From positions 1 through 64,000 of IMG/VR virus record IMGVR_UViG_3300010346_000241: a DNA stretch of 64,000 nucleotides; one strand, written 5' to 3'. Both the position numbers and the translations under genes were made by a program. Positions within the stretch are counted from its first letter, which is position 1. Every line of letters starts with the position of its first letter. The notes below the pieces were generated by a model. That model did no database searches and was not told where the DNA came from. It saw only the letters and a list, made by a program, of their open reading frames with translations. Positions 46,630 to 57,116 of this stretch are shown in pieces. This DNA is from a virus (taxonomy: Duplodnaviria > Caudoviricetes).

Positions 46630-47340
46630 CTATATAATATCCTTTGTCTTTCCTGCGAAAGTTCTACCCTTCCTTACCACATTCTTCTGTTGTTTGAGTT
46701 CCTGTATTCTATCCATTGGTGCAGATGTAGCTCCCTCCAATGGTCCTATAGCAGCAAGCATAGAGTTTGCATACATAGCGCCATTGAATGAGTTCATCAT
46801 ATTGGCTAAGTATATAAACTCTAAGTCTGTTATATCACTCATACATTCTGTATTGCCTACTATCAAAGTTGCTCCAGCCTGTTGATATCCTGTATGGTTT
46901 ATGATAGTAGGAAGTATCTTAAAGATCTTGTTCTTTGGATATCTGTCCGAAACAACAGGAAGAGTGCTGTTCATTCTCATGCAATCGTTCTCTACAACGA
47001 ATACATTTTGTCCTTGCGCAAACAGACAATTAGATGCTATCTTCAGTGAGTTAACGAACTGATAGTGTCTGTCATTAGGAATGAATATGGAGTCATCCAT
47101 ATTCGCTCTATAGTTCTTAAGCTCTAATGTCATAAAGTAATCTATCTTACGCTTAACAAGTACGTTAGCGTTACTAGGTCTTGTTTTGGTTCTATATTCT
47201 CCCCAATAGTGAATTGTACGTTCTTCATACATCTCAGTCTCTGGGAGAACCCAACTTAAGTTGAGATTGAAGTTAAGTTTGATAGGACCAGACTCAAAGA
47301 TAGTATCGACCATACGATACATCTGGTTGTTATTGGTCAT
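46630..47340 (-). CDS. Hypothetical protein
   Basis: 236 aa; preceded by a TACA-N6-TA promoter variant (47355-47366). Confidence 0.7.
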   Translation of the reverse strand: MTNNNQMYRMVDTIFESGPIKLNFNLNLSWVLPETEMYEERTIHYWGEYRTKTRPSNANVLVKRKIDYFMTLELKNYRANMDDSIFIPNDRHYQFVNSLKIASNCLFAQGQNVFVVENDCMRMNSTLPVVSDRYPKNKIFKILPTIINHTGYQQAGATLIVGNTECMSDITDLEFIYLANMMNSFNGAMYANSMLAAIGPLEGATSAPMDRIQELKQQKNVVRKGRTFAGKTKDII

Positions 47341-47425
47341 TCTAACACCCCCTGTATTATGATGTATGACCTAGAGTAAAAAGAAAGGGAGTCGCCAGGA
47401 CTCCCTTTCTATTGGTTCGATAAGC

Positions 47426-48298
47426 TTAGTCGGTTATAGTCGTAATCACGAATTCAGTGTATTCTGGTTCCGAAGCACGATTGCATATTACTCTATCTTT
47501 CGGAGCTCCAGGAGTATGCAGGGCATTATTAGTAACCACATTTGCTATATCACACATATAGTCTCTTATTATATCGAGGTTATGTGATGACTGTATTCTG
47601 AATGTTTCTTTTCCACCACATACGTGTGACACAGCTATTTCCATCAGTAATACTGATGATAGTACTGACATAATGTGAATACGCTTATCTAAAAGAAGAT
47701 CGAACTTGTATGGGTCGAACTTCAAAGTATAAAAGTTGTTGTTTACGCTATCGATTATATCCGCAGTTTCCTTGGTTTGGAAAGCGTAAGAGAGCTTAAA
47801 CACGTACACTAATCTTTGTTCGTATACGGTATCCATATGGCCATATCCGAACAAGGTCATATATTCGTCAAGAGTTCTTTTGAACTCTTCGTTAAAGTTC
47901 TCTGCTTTGCTGAAGTCTATCATGAAGACATCTGGTACACTGCAAGCACTGCAAGGATCATCAGGTCTCAGTATATTACAAAGGTTTCCTTTATCATCGT
48001 ACTCCATTATCGTGTGCCAACCAAATGGATGAATATTGTAGATTGATACTCTTGCGAGTACAGTAATCAAAGTCACCACGTCGATGATGCTATCGTTTGC
48101 ATCGAGACAGAAGCCAGATACTATAAAACCATCGAGATATTCTTCAGCCATCTGGTCAAATACCTGTTCAATCTCTCCGTTTTCGTATTCTTTGTTGAGT
48201 CTGTCATCATCTGCCGCAAAGATGCTAAGCAGATCGTCTCTTAAGAACTTCCAGTCCTTAGTAGCTCCGAGGTCGACTTTGTTTAAGATTGAGTTCAT
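47426..48298 (-). CDS. Hypothetical protein
   Basis: SD AAGGAGG, start MNSILNK; terminator 47382-47410. Confidence 0.7.
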   Translation of the reverse strand: MNSILNKVDLGATKDWKFLRDDLLSIFAADDDRLNKEYENGEIEQVFDQMAEEYLDGFIVSGFCLDANDSIIDVVTLITVLARVSIYNIHPFGWHTIMEYDDKGNLCNILRPDDPCSACSVPDVFMIDFSKAENFNEEFKRTLDEYMTLFGYGHMDTVYEQRLVYVFKLSYAFQTKETADIIDSVNNNFYTLKFDPYKFDLLLDKRIHIMSVLSSVLLMEIAVSHVCGGKETFRIQSSHNLDIIRDYMCDIANVVTNNALHTPGAPKDRVICNRASEPEYTEFVITTITD

Positions 48299-48311
48299 AA
48301 AAATTTCCTCC

Positions 48312-48624
48312 TTAAATTGATGCCATTCCATATGTTACATTGTGGAACAGCTTTTCTTCTGCTCTCTTCTCTGCTAACCACTGCAGAGTTTCATATGAGA
48401 GCTTTCTTTCGAACAACACTTCTTCAGTGCCGTCCTTTACAACGACTGCTTTTATAACATGGTCGATCGACCTTGTTAACATAATGGGTCCAAAGAGTAC
48501 TTCCGTCTATAATTATATCGAAGATAGCTGGATAGAGAAGATAGTTACCTCTAGCAGCTTTCTTTCCATTTATGTAGATGTCGACATAGTCGCACTCTTT
48601 AACTATCGGCGTAACAATCTGCAT
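48312..48624 (-). pseudogene. Probable single gene broken by one frameshift near 48500
   Basis: MQIVTP...DIIIDG continues in the +1 frame as EVLFGPIMLTRSIDHVIKAVVVKDG...GMASI, ending at the TAAGGAGG of the next gene. Confidence 0.55.
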
Positions 48625-48629
48625 TTTAA

Positions 48630-49040
48630 TCACTCCCATAAAGGTACAAAAAGAGGTTTAACGTTAAGTTCTTCAAACATCTCTTCTAACGCCTCGTTCA
48701 TCTCGCAGGTATCAGAATAGTCGTTTTCGTCATTATCCTGATCGCCGCAGTCGTAGTAAGCGCCTGGGTACCAGATTTCGACATCGACTCTCTTCTTTCC
48801 AGTCTCAGTCTCCTCTACAGAGACTTTAACTACAGTATTCTCTTCACCAAGGTCTTCTGGGTTGTAGTCAGCACTCCAGACAAGTTTTGTATCATTAGTA
48901 TTTATCAATGTCATAACGTTGTCTAGGAGAAACTGCTTAATATTTTCACACACACCTTTTGGACCTTTTAAGAGATCTCTGTATCTCTTGCCTTCACTAA
49001 ATCCTTTAGTTGTAATATCGAGTAGTATCTTGCTCATCAT
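48630..49040 (-). CDS. Hypothetical acidic protein
   Basis: SD AAAGGAG; ATGA overlap. Confidence 0.65.
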   Translation of the reverse strand: MMSKILLDITTKGFSEGKRYRDLLKGPKGVCENIKQFLLDNVMTLINTNDTKLVWSADYNPEDLGEENTVVKVSVEETETGKKRVDVEIWYPGAYYDCGDQDNDENDYSDTCEMNEALEEMFEELNVKPLFVPLWE

Positions 49041-49483
49041 GTTTCTCCTTTCACATCAATTGCTATACCTACAAACGGATCATAGGGTATAGTAGCTTTT
49101 CCTCCACCAACAACAAAGTCGAGATCTTCTCCTTCTGGAGTGACTCTGATATAATAGTCATGACCATTTCCAGCGTTTCTTGCTTCTGAGTTGATATAGA
49201 AGAGGATGAGATCCGCATAACCTGTGTAGATGATATCGTTGTCTTTACACAAGGTTAAGTTCTTTCTGGTTTTGAGAGCTTGTGGAGTCGGAGTTACTCT
49301 TACGAGATGATCGCCGTTGGTTTTCTGAAGGATCTCGTCGTAAGCTTCAATGAAGTCCTTTCTGCTTATGTCTCTGATAAAAACGTCTCTGAAGAATAAG
49401 AATCCGAGCTCGTCTTCAGCGTACTTGTGACATTCGTTTATAATGTAGTTTACGAAGTCTTTCTTGTTATCTACTATAGTCAT
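49037..49483 (-). CDS. Hypothetical protein
   Basis: SD AAAGGA; 148 aa. Confidence 0.65.
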   Translation of the reverse strand: MTIVDNKKDFVNYIINECHKYAEDELGFLFFRDVFIRDISRKDFIEAYDEILQKTNGDHLVRVTPTPQALKTRKNLTLCKDNDIIYTGYADLILFYINSEARNAGNGHDYYIRVTPEGEDLDFVVGGGKATIPYDPFVGIAIDVKGET

Positions 49484-49510
49484 AGTATCATTCCTTTCTC
49501 TTCACTGATC

Positions 49511-50377
49511 TTAAACTGCCTGCTGCTGAGGCTGTACTGTCTGGATACTGCTCTGCATGATTGCAGGAATGCCATTGAGCTCATTGACGAAGTTGTCTTC
49601 AAAGAACTCAAGATTACATATGAATGGTGTTTTAACTATTTCGCTTGTGCCGAGCTTCGTCACCATATCATCATGAGACGAGAAGCTATATACTTCATAA
49701 AGATCTGTCATTACAGAGAATATAGATGGACTCATACAGTCATTCACTTCTCCAGTTATATACTTTTTCATCAGCGAATAGTCATGAGTAGATGTACATA
49801 ACCAGAAAGCTGTGTTCTTCTTTATGTTCTGCTCTAAATGATTCCACCAATCAGCGATTGTGCATGGGAATGGTATCGGCGATGGTATCGACTTTACTGC
49901 TTCATAAAATGCTTTGAACTCTTCCCACATCTGTTCAGGTGAAGGGAAGTTCTTAGGAACCACATACTTATCATAGACAAGCTTTTCAAAACTCTTCAGA
50001 ACCTGATGAGTCTTGATCTGATCGTACAGCATCATTGCGATACTTGTGTTTGTCTTTGCGATCTGAGCGTCCACCGCATCCTGTCTCTGCTGAGGCGTTA
50101 AGCTCGGATCCTTGATCAAATCAAGAGTTGTCTTGTATGTTGTACTGAACTCCTTTTCTCTCTTGAAAACGGATCCAGTATAGAACAGTATCTCCACAGG
50201 ATAACCGATGTGGGTTATCTGAAATGAGATCCTCATGTTTGGAACATCGAATCCAGTACATACTACACTGTATCCCTGGATTCCTGTTGTTGCCATTGCG
50301 TTGGTTACGTTGAACGTAATGTTCTGTATAACCTTAGTGTCATCAACTTTGTTTGTGTTTGCATCATAATAGATCAT
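49511..50377 (-). CDS. Hypothetical early protein
   Basis: SD AAAGGAGG; first gene after an early-type promoter. Confidence 0.75.
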   Translation of the reverse strand: MIYYDANTNKVDDTKVIQNITFNVTNAMATTGIQGYSVVCTGFDVPNMRISFQITHIGYPVEILFYTGSVFKREKEFSTTYKTTLDLIKDPSLTPQQRQDAVDAQIAKTNTSIAMMLYDQIKTHQVLKSFEKLVYDKYVVPKNFPSPEQMWEEFKAFYEAVKSIPSPIPFPCTIADWWNHLEQNIKKNTAFWLCTSTHDYSLMKKYITGEVNDCMSPSIFSVMTDLYEVYSFSSHDDMVTKLGTSEIVKTPFICNLEFFEDNFVNELNGIPAIMQSSIQTVQPQQQAV

Positions 50378-50439
50378 AATGTGATCCTCCTTTAAAAATT
50401 TTTATTACGAGAGCTGATCAGCTTGCTCTCTTACACCTA

Positions 50440-50449
50440 TATAATATAC
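50440..50449 (-). promoter_or_regulatory. Early-type promoter GTATATTATA followed by a stem-loop (GAGAGC/GCTCTC)
   Basis: Matches 19103 and 54270. Confidence 0.65.
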
Positions 50450-50489
50450 ATTCATCTGCTTGTTTAGGCAATGGAAAACAGCCTTGGGA

Positions 50490-52016
50490 TTACCCAAGGC
50501 TTTTGTATCCCATGATGAATGGATTGATGCCTTTAGCTCTCTCTTCCAAGATAGCCTTAGACACTTTATCAAGTTGTCTGTCATTGAACTTCATTGTCTT
50601 GATATCCATAGCATACTCTTCATACATTATCAGATTAGTCTCATAGTAGTTCCTGATCGTATGTACCGAGTCATCTATGACATCTATAAAGTAGCTTCCC
50701 CTTATACGAGTTCTTCCAAGTCTTTGTCTACACTTTGGTCTACTCTTCATAGGTTCAGCCAACTGAACTGAACAAAAGACATCTGACACATCTAATGCCT
50801 CTCCTGCGGATATAGATGTAGTCAGTATGATCTTGTGATTCAGTGCACTTCTCTTATTCTTGTTCAGAGATGTGTATATACCTACACTATACGTATACTC
50901 TGGATAGTTTTCGAGTATCCAGTCATACACTGACTGTATAGCTTCGTTACTTGCCATGAAGATAAGTATCCTTCCACTCATCTTGCTAATAAGATCCATC
51001 ACAACATGGCATATCTTTTGAAAGTTAGGATACTTAGTTATCATGGATGCATAGTTCATTCTATTGAAACCATAGAAGTTTCCACAATTACTGATGTCTT
51101 GTGGAGACATCCTACTATTGTAACGAATAGATATGTAATGTGTTCTCGGATCCTTATCTGGATCGAAGAGATTGATAGTGGGAACGTTCTTGAAATATAG
51201 CTGAAAGATCTTGTTATCTCCTTCGTCCCCTCGTTCTGGAGTTGCTGTCATATAGATTGTCTTGTATGTATTGCTGAAGTAGTCTATATGACTCATAGCA
51301 CCAAAGTATAAATGAGCCTCATCGAAGATTTTGACTCCTATACCCAGGTACTTAAACAGTTCTCCGACTGCTTCCCATCCTTGTCTACTAGCTAAAGAAG
51401 ACAAGGTAGAATGTGTTACTAGATAGACTTTTATCTTGTCTAAAGCATCTTGTTTTTTCTTATACAGACTAGCTATGGATGGAGAACCAGAGATATAGTA
51501 GATCTCCTTTGAATCAATATTACAATGCTCTAAGATTCTATTCTTCCACTGCTTCAACCAGTCTATAGAAGAAGCTATAACTATTCCCTTGATGTTCATG
51601 AATGCCATATACGCTATACCAAGATATGTTTTACCTGCACCAGTGTTAAGTGCAAGCAACATCTGCGAGGCATTCTTGGTGTACGAATATTCATCCATAC
51701 CTAAGAGAAACCTGATACTCTCTTTTTGTACGTCATCTTTGGGTCCATACTTTAAAAGTGTTTGAGTAAGGTTCACACGATACCCATCACACGTAGTCTG
51801 GTAATGGGCCTTAACCTCAAACGTGTTCTCTAAAGTCCTTATGCTTATACCTCTCGGGAGATAGAGTTTCCGTGCATGCTCGTCATATATGATGTGTTCA
51901 AACGTTACTGTTCTCGTAGCTTTGTTCCATACACGGAATTTATTCTCTATCTTAGGTGCATCTCCCCATGTATAGTCGTTGATTACTATACAGGTAGGTC
52001 GTACTTCAATCTTCAT
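50490..52016 (-). CDS. Superfamily 2 DExH helicase (phiKZ gp75/UvsW-like)
   Basis: LNTGAGKT, FDEAH, TATP, QRLGRTR; follows the beta' gene as in phiKZ gp74-gp75. Confidence 0.9.
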   Translation of the reverse strand: MKIEVRPTCIVINDYTWGDAPKIENKFRVWNKATRTVTFEHIIYDEHARKLYLPRGISIRTLENTFEVKAHYQTTCDGYRVNLTQTLLKYGPKDDVQKESIRFLLGMDEYSYTKNASQMLLALNTGAGKTYLGIAYMAFMNIKGIVIASSIDWLKQWKNRILEHCNIDSKEIYYISGSPSIASLYKKKQDALDKIKVYLVTHSTLSSLASRQGWEAVGELFKYLGIGVKIFDEAHLYFGAMSHIDYFSNTYKTIYMTATPERGDEGDNKIFQLYFKNVPTINLFDPDKDPRTHYISIRYNSRMSPQDISNCGNFYGFNRMNYASMITKYPNFQKICHVVMDLISKMSGRILIFMASNEAIQSVYDWILENYPEYTYSVGIYTSLNKNKRSALNHKIILTTSISAGEALDVSDVFCSVQLAEPMKSRPKCRQRLGRTRIRGSYFIDVIDDSVHTIRNYYETNLIMYEEYAMDIKTMKFNDRQLDKVSKAILEERAKGINPFIMGYKSLG

Positions 52017-52064
52017 TGGTCGTCCTCCCTAAAAAGAATGGGGAGGAAAAGTCCTCCCCATTTG

Positions 52065-54209
52065 TTAGTTGTTTAAGTCCTCTGGCTTCTCAATGATTTC
52101 GAAGAGAGGTTTAGTCTGTACTTCACTCTCTACCTTCTCTGCCATGTAAACCTGCGGCTGAACATGAGCAAACATGTCGAGCTTACTAGGTGCTGTCTTT
52201 CTGAAGGAGATTGGTTTGTACAGTGTACGAGCAAGGTTCTCATACTGCATTGTAACCTGAATGCTCGGATTGGCCTCAAGAGCCTGACGAAGAGTGAGTA
52301 TTCTATACTCCTGATCTGGATAGTCCCAGTCTGGCTTGAGAAGAATATCGTCTATAGCTCTGATCTGGTTCATGATTATGATCTCTGCATGGACGGAACG
52401 GATACCACCCATACCACAATCAATAAGCTTGTTGATGAAGTCTCTAAGAATCTCATGTCTTGTATAGTTACAAGTCTTTGTCTTGAGATTGATGATTGAC
52501 ATGACTTCTTTCAGATTCTTACCAAGGTCATCATTATAGATACCTACACCAAAGACAGGTATTCTAGACTGCTGAAGATCTGTGATAGGAATGAAGATGT
52601 CTGTCTCATCCTCATACTGCTTAGAATTGATTAGCTTACAGAACTCATCCTGGAGATACAGACACTCATTGTTAGTACCATGAATCTCTATAACTTCTCC
52701 CTCTGGAGTTATGATCTCGAACTGAGTGATGTAATCTCTGAGTATATCGAAGTCGTCGCCATCACTATCGCTATCGCTCATAGATACAACTGTTTCTGTA
52801 TCTACGCTGTCTCTATCGATATGGATCAGCCACTTCTTACCACCCAGGAATTCGCTGTTTACATAGATATCCTCATCGTCGAATGTAAAGAACTGATCGA
52901 ACTGCTCCTGAGGAATACTCCACTCAATCTTACTAATCTTAGCCTCAAGAAGATGCTTAGCAGACAGCATAAGCTGAGTGAGAGTCTGTGAGATTAACTC
53001 TGCGGCAATCTTACCAATGTTTACGATGCGATTGCCCATAAAGAGATTTCCATAACACTTCCTACAAATGCCCTGTCCTCTGGCTGCGCTTGCGCAAGTG
53101 ATGGGAGATCTCAGATAGATTGTCTTACCCACAAGATCATGTCTAAGAGTATTGAGACAACCAGTGTTATACTCCATTCCATCAGGATGAAGTCTGAAGT
53201 ATCTATCCTGATACATCTCAATATTCTCTTCAGTAAGAGTTACTTCAACGAAGTTCTTGGTATGACAATCATAGTCAGGATCAACGTTGCCGAACTCATC
53301 TGTATAGAGATTCGTATCTATCTGGTTAAGACCAAGTACTCTGGCGAAAGCACCTGAATATGCTGTGTTCTGCTTGGACAGAATCTGAGCCTGACGTCCA
53401 ATTCCTGCTTCAGCGACCATCCATTCAAAACGGTTAAGACCACCTCTCATATAAGAAGCGTCTATAGAGTGTGGGAAGATTCCTCCCTCACCGTTAGGCT
53501 TGATACCAATGTTAGAGATCATCTCTCTAAACTGCTTTGGCTTTACGCCTACCTTAGCCCTGAAAGCATCTGCAAGACAGTGGTCTCTTCCAATCCACTT
53601 CTTACTCTCAAGGATAAGCTCAATGATTCTATTACAATCCTTCATTGCTTCGGCGTTCATCTGATCGGCAGGAAGGTTTGAATAGTCCTTATGCATCAGC
53701 TCATCAAACTCAGGACAAGCATTAGCCATGAGAATGAAGTCCTCATGATTGATTGAGTTGTTGTAGAACAGAGCAAACTTTTCAGCGAACTTAAGAGTCT
53801 TATGATTATTATAGATCATCTCATTAAGTCTCTTAGGATCCATCGTTTCTCTGTTAGGTATGATAGCGTACTTGTTGATGTAGTTTGCTATAGCCTTCTT
53901 ATCTATTCCCTTCTTACAGAAGAACAGATGCCAAGGCTTAAGTGTATGTCCTGCTTCAAGAACGAAGCCCCACATACAAAGATTGACCATAAGATCTGGT
54001 AATGTGAGTCTTACACTCTTCTTATAGTCTCTGAATGTGACTGTTACTTTAGTCTGCATTAGCGGTTGTTCGACGTTATCTGTAATCAGATTCTGCAGAC
54101 CTATACGATAGTCATTAAGTTTTGTGTTGTCGAGATTTTCGGCTACAATCTCAACAGGTTGATTCTGAAGTAAGCATGTCCATACTCCATATAAATCGGT
54201 TCGTGTCAT
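52065..54209 (-). CDS. Multisubunit RNA polymerase beta'-like subunit, C-terminal half (non-virion RNAP)
   Basis: Bridge helix SKQNTAYSGAFARVL, Zn site LRSPITC...ICRKCYG, trigger loop NIGKIAAELISQTLTQLMLSAKH, VHAEIII. Confidence 0.9.
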   Translation of the reverse strand: MTRTDLYGVWTCLLQNQPVEIVAENLDNTKLNDYRIGLQNLITDNVEQPLMQTKVTVTFRDYKKSVRLTLPDLMVNLCMWGFVLEAGHTLKPWHLFFCKKGIDKKAIANYINKYAIIPNRETMDPKRLNEMIYNNHKTLKFAEKFALFYNNSINHEDFILMANACPEFDELMHKDYSNLPADQMNAEAMKDCNRIIELILESKKWIGRDHCLADAFRAKVGVKPKQFREMISNIGIKPNGEGGIFPHSIDASYMRGGLNRFEWMVAEAGIGRQAQILSKQNTAYSGAFARVLGLNQIDTNLYTDEFGNVDPDYDCHTKNFVEVTLTEENIEMYQDRYFRLHPDGMEYNTGCLNTLRHDLVGKTIYLRSPITCASAARGQGICRKCYGNLFMGNRIVNIGKIAAELISQTLTQLMLSAKHLLEAKISKIEWSIPQEQFDQFFTFDDEDIYVNSEFLGGKKWLIHIDRDSVDTETVVSMSDSDSDGDDFDILRDYITQFEIITPEGEVIEIHGTNNECLYLQDEFCKLINSKQYEDETDIFIPITDLQQSRIPVFGVGIYNDDLGKNLKEVMSIINLKTKTCNYTRHEILRDFINKLIDCGMGGIRSVHAEIIIMNQIRAIDDILLKPDWDYPDQEYRILTLRQALEANPSIQVTMQYENLARTLYKPISFRKTAPSKLDMFAHVQPQVYMAEKVESEVQTKPLFEIIEKPEDLNN

Positions 54210-54269
54210 TGTCCTCTACCTCCTTAGTATTGGATAGTTTCAGTATAGGTAAACCTCTACTGTCGCTCC

Positions 54270-54279
54270 TATAATATAC
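54270..54279 (-). promoter_or_regulatory. Early-type promoter of the RNAP beta'/helicase operon
   Basis: Minus strand GTATATTATA followed by a leader hairpin. Confidence 0.65.
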
Positions 54280-54297
54280 AACGAAAGGCGTGATTGA

Positions 54298-54320
54298 GAG
54301 GGTAGGCAATGCCTACCCTC
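54298..54320. terminator. Terminator hairpin identical to 46118-46140
   Basis: GAGGGTAGGCAATGCCTACCCTC. Confidence 0.8.
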
Positions 54321-54327
54321 CATTCGA

Positions 54328-54774
54328 TTAGTCTCTGTGAGAGATGTCTGCAGCCTTAAGCATCTTAGGCTTATTGACATTCTTGAGATACTCCTTCTGG
54401 CCGATTCTTGCAACCTTCTGAGCTCTTGAGTTGTACTTCTTCTCAATAGCTGCGAGAAGCTTACGCTCCCTGATACGGTTGACCTTAAGAGCCTTCCAGA
54501 GAGGATCGTTGTTATCCTTAGCAAGCTGAAGAGCAGCCATAGTTGTACGTCTGCTGATGTCGTCGTTCTTGTTAAGTCTAACAAGTGTCTTGCGGTTAGT
54601 GATGTTCTTCTTCTCGAGAAGAGCGATCTCTGCTGATTCGAAGAGTGCTTTCTTTTCCTCATCGCTGCAGTTAGCGAAATCATCGTAGAAGAAAGCTTCC
54701 ATGAGTGCGTCCATGTCTACGTCGATAGCCTCAACTTCAGGACTTACTCCAGTTGACTGTGAATATATTCCCAT
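54328..54774 (-). CDS. Small head protein with acidic propeptide-like N-terminus and basic C-terminus
   Basis: ALME/ALFE/ALLE sites; AACT-ATTATA-TA promoter at 54829-54840; strong codon bias. Confidence 0.55.
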   Translation of the reverse strand: MGIYSQSTGVSPEVEAIDVDMDALMEAFFYDDFANCSDEEKKALFESAEIALLEKKNITNRKTLVRLNKNDDISRRTTMAALQLAKDNNDPLWKALKVNRIRERKLLAAIEKKYNSRAQKVARIGQKEYLKNVNKPKMLKAADISHRD

Positions 54775-54897
54775 GTTTGGATTCCTCCTTGTTTAGTATA
54801 TCTGAGTGGTGTAATTGCCACTACTGATTATATAATAGTTCTGTCAGAACGACTAAAAAGAAGGAAATGGGTAGGGAAGAACTCCCTACCCATAGCC

Positions 54898-57054
54898 TTA
54901 CAGAGATACAATGTTTGTGAAGTTCACATTCTTCTTCTCTCGTCTATCTATACCAAGAGCTTCTACTGGGAATGTAGCAATGTTATCATTGATAACCTGA
55001 GTGTAGTTGATGAATGGCTTAACCCACTCTGGTACATCTTCTTCAGAAAGTATAGCGATGTTACCACACTCTCCCTTGAAGTCCTTTGATGCGAGCATCT
55101 TTACTGCTCTCTCATACACATCTGGGAAAGTATCTTTGATTTGATCAATATTCTTCTCAGTCATGTCTGTCTTGATGATCAGAACAGTGTTACGTGTAGT
55201 AAGGTCGATGATTGGCTCATTGTCTCTCCTGAGTAGATTATACGCTACAGCCGCCTTGATGGTATACTGACCCATAGGATCTGCATAACCAGACGATGCC
55301 TTTATACGCTGAGGTTTGAAGTAGCTCTTATCACCCGCCATGAGAGAGTCGTAGATCATCTTCTCAAGAGCAGCAAGCTGTTTGATGATATCTATCTGAG
55401 AGATCTGCTCTGCATTGAGCACGAAGTACCATAGGATTTCTTCAATTCTTCTCGCTGTCTTCTCAGGTATTCCAACCTTACGGATAGGCATACCCTTAAC
55501 ATCAAGAGCTTCCTCAAGAGGAATGAATGCATTCTCCTGACGTTCCTGATAGCAACAATAATTTTTCTTTACCATTGTAACCAGTGCCTGCTTGAGCTGG
55601 AACTCATTCTTGAGTATGAAGAATGACTTACGTATCTTACCATCTGCTGTCTTGATAGCGTTAGAGTTTGTAGAGTACCTTGTCATATAGTCAATCGACA
55701 GACGACCCATTATATGAGCAAGTACATTGATAAGTGAACAACGATATCCTGCTGTAGGTCCTACAGAATTATCATCACTCAGAGTCTGCTGAAGATCGAT
55801 AACTTCATCCTTGAAGAAGTCATAGTCATACGAATGAACATCTGCTCTCCATACCTTACCCTCATTGTTCTGCTCTATCTCCTTAATCCTCATCGGAATG
55901 GAGTAAGTCTTATCAAGAAGATAACGATACCATCCATCGAAGCTAATGAAGCAAGAGTCAGTATCTGTAAGGATAGATACAGAACGAACCATGTTCTCTG
56001 CTCTGTCGAGACGATCCATATACTGATGACCATAGTATACATACTCCTTAACGAGTTCATATACTTCATCAAGCGCTGCTTTGATCTGATCTGCAAGATG
56101 ACTAGCTTCTTCTTCAGTCATCGGGTTATCAGTATCCTTAAGAGCATCATAGATGTCCTTAGCATTAGGAGTCTTGTTCGGATCCATGAAGTGTATCGGA
56201 AGCAAACTGAGGAAGTATACAACCTTATCCATAACGTACTTATTGTCGAAGAAGTAGAAGAGGTTGTTCTTAAAGAAGATACGATTAAGGTCTTCCTGGT
56301 CAAGCTGATTGATGATATCCCATACAATCATCAGATCCTTCTCTGAAGGTCTGTAGTAGAAACCGCATGTACATATAAGCTGACAGAATACATCGTATGC
56401 TGATACTGGCATATCGATGACATCATAGTCATTATACTTACGAGTAGGTCTCTCACGACGAACGTTGTTAATGAATTGTACAATCTCATTGAGTGAACCA
56501 AACTTAACGTTGTTGTTAAGAGTAGCCTCAAACAAGAGAAGTGCTGTAGCAATACAGTTCTGACCCTGCATTGTGATAGACGATGCAACGTTAACGTTAT
56601 AGAAGATAGATGTATGATTACCACTAGCTCCATAGATAGCATTTGCAGATACCTTCTCTGAAAGCTGAAGGAGGTTGTACTTCTCATACATCTCTGATCC
56701 CTTAGGATATTTAAGCATCATTCCCTTATACTCAGCTCTCTTAGTCAGGAACTCCTGAATGAGATCTACATATGGGTTAGGGCAAGTGCCATGCTTCTTG
56801 AAGAGAACACCAGATACAGTTACTATCGGTTCTCGTTCTATGATATAATTCAGGACGTTGTAAAGTGTAGTGTCCTGCTGATTGTGTGTATAATTATTGT
56901 CCAGTTTCACTGGTGTGTCAGAAAATCTTTTAGCTATAGAGTAATCTATAGCTGCATCAATATCTGCATCGAACAGTCTTGGGAATGACAGTCTCAATGC
57001 TTCTTTCATTTCAGTCTTATAGATGGTAAGACCTTTGTTTGATATAGGTATCAT
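54898..57054 (-). CDS. Split family B DNA polymerase, C-terminal catalytic subunit
   Basis: Motif B QLSEKVSANAIYG, motif C LTDTDSCF, KKNY, VKG; lacks exonuclease and motif A. Confidence 0.9.
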   Translation of the reverse strand: MIPISNKGLTIYKTEMKEALRLSFPRLFDADIDAAIDYSIAKRFSDTPVKLDNNYTHNQQDTTLYNVLNYIIEREPIVTVSGVLFKKHGTCPNPYVDLIQEFLTKRAEYKGMMLKYPKGSEMYEKYNLLQLSEKVSANAIYGASGNHTSIFYNVNVASSITMQGQNCIATALLLFEATLNNNVKFGSLNEIVQFINNVRRERPTRKYNDYDVIDMPVSAYDVFCQLICTCGFYYRPSEKDLMIVWDIINQLDQEDLNRIFFKNNLFYFFDNKYVMDKVVYFLSLLPIHFMDPNKTPNAKDIYDALKDTDNPMTEEEASHLADQIKAALDEVYELVKEYVYYGHQYMDRLDRAENMVRSVSILTDTDSCFISFDGWYRYLLDKTYSIPMRIKEIEQNNEGKVWRADVHSYDYDFFKDEVIDLQQTLSDDNSVGPTAGYRCSLINVLAHIMGRLSIDYMTRYSTNSNAIKTADGKIRKSFFILKNEFQLKQALVTMVKKNYCCYQERQENAFIPLEEALDVKGMPIRKVGIPEKTARRIEEILWYFVLNAEQISQIDIIKQLAALEKMIYDSLMAGDKSYFKPQRIKASSGYADPMGQYTIKAAVAYNLLRRDNEPIIDLTTRNTVLIIKTDMTEKNIDQIKDTFPDVYERAVKMLASKDFKGECGNIAILSEEDVPEWVKPFINYTQVINDNIATFPVEALGIDRREKKNVNFTNIVSL

Positions 57055-57072
57055 AGTTTTCCTCCTTGTTCA

Positions 57073-57116
57073 TAATCGTCCCAAACACGTACGATTATTT
57101 GATTATTTAATGGTTG
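57073..57116 (-). promoter_or_regulatory. Shared polymerase leader element, copy 2
   Basis: 43/44 identical to 29118-29161. Confidence 0.85.
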
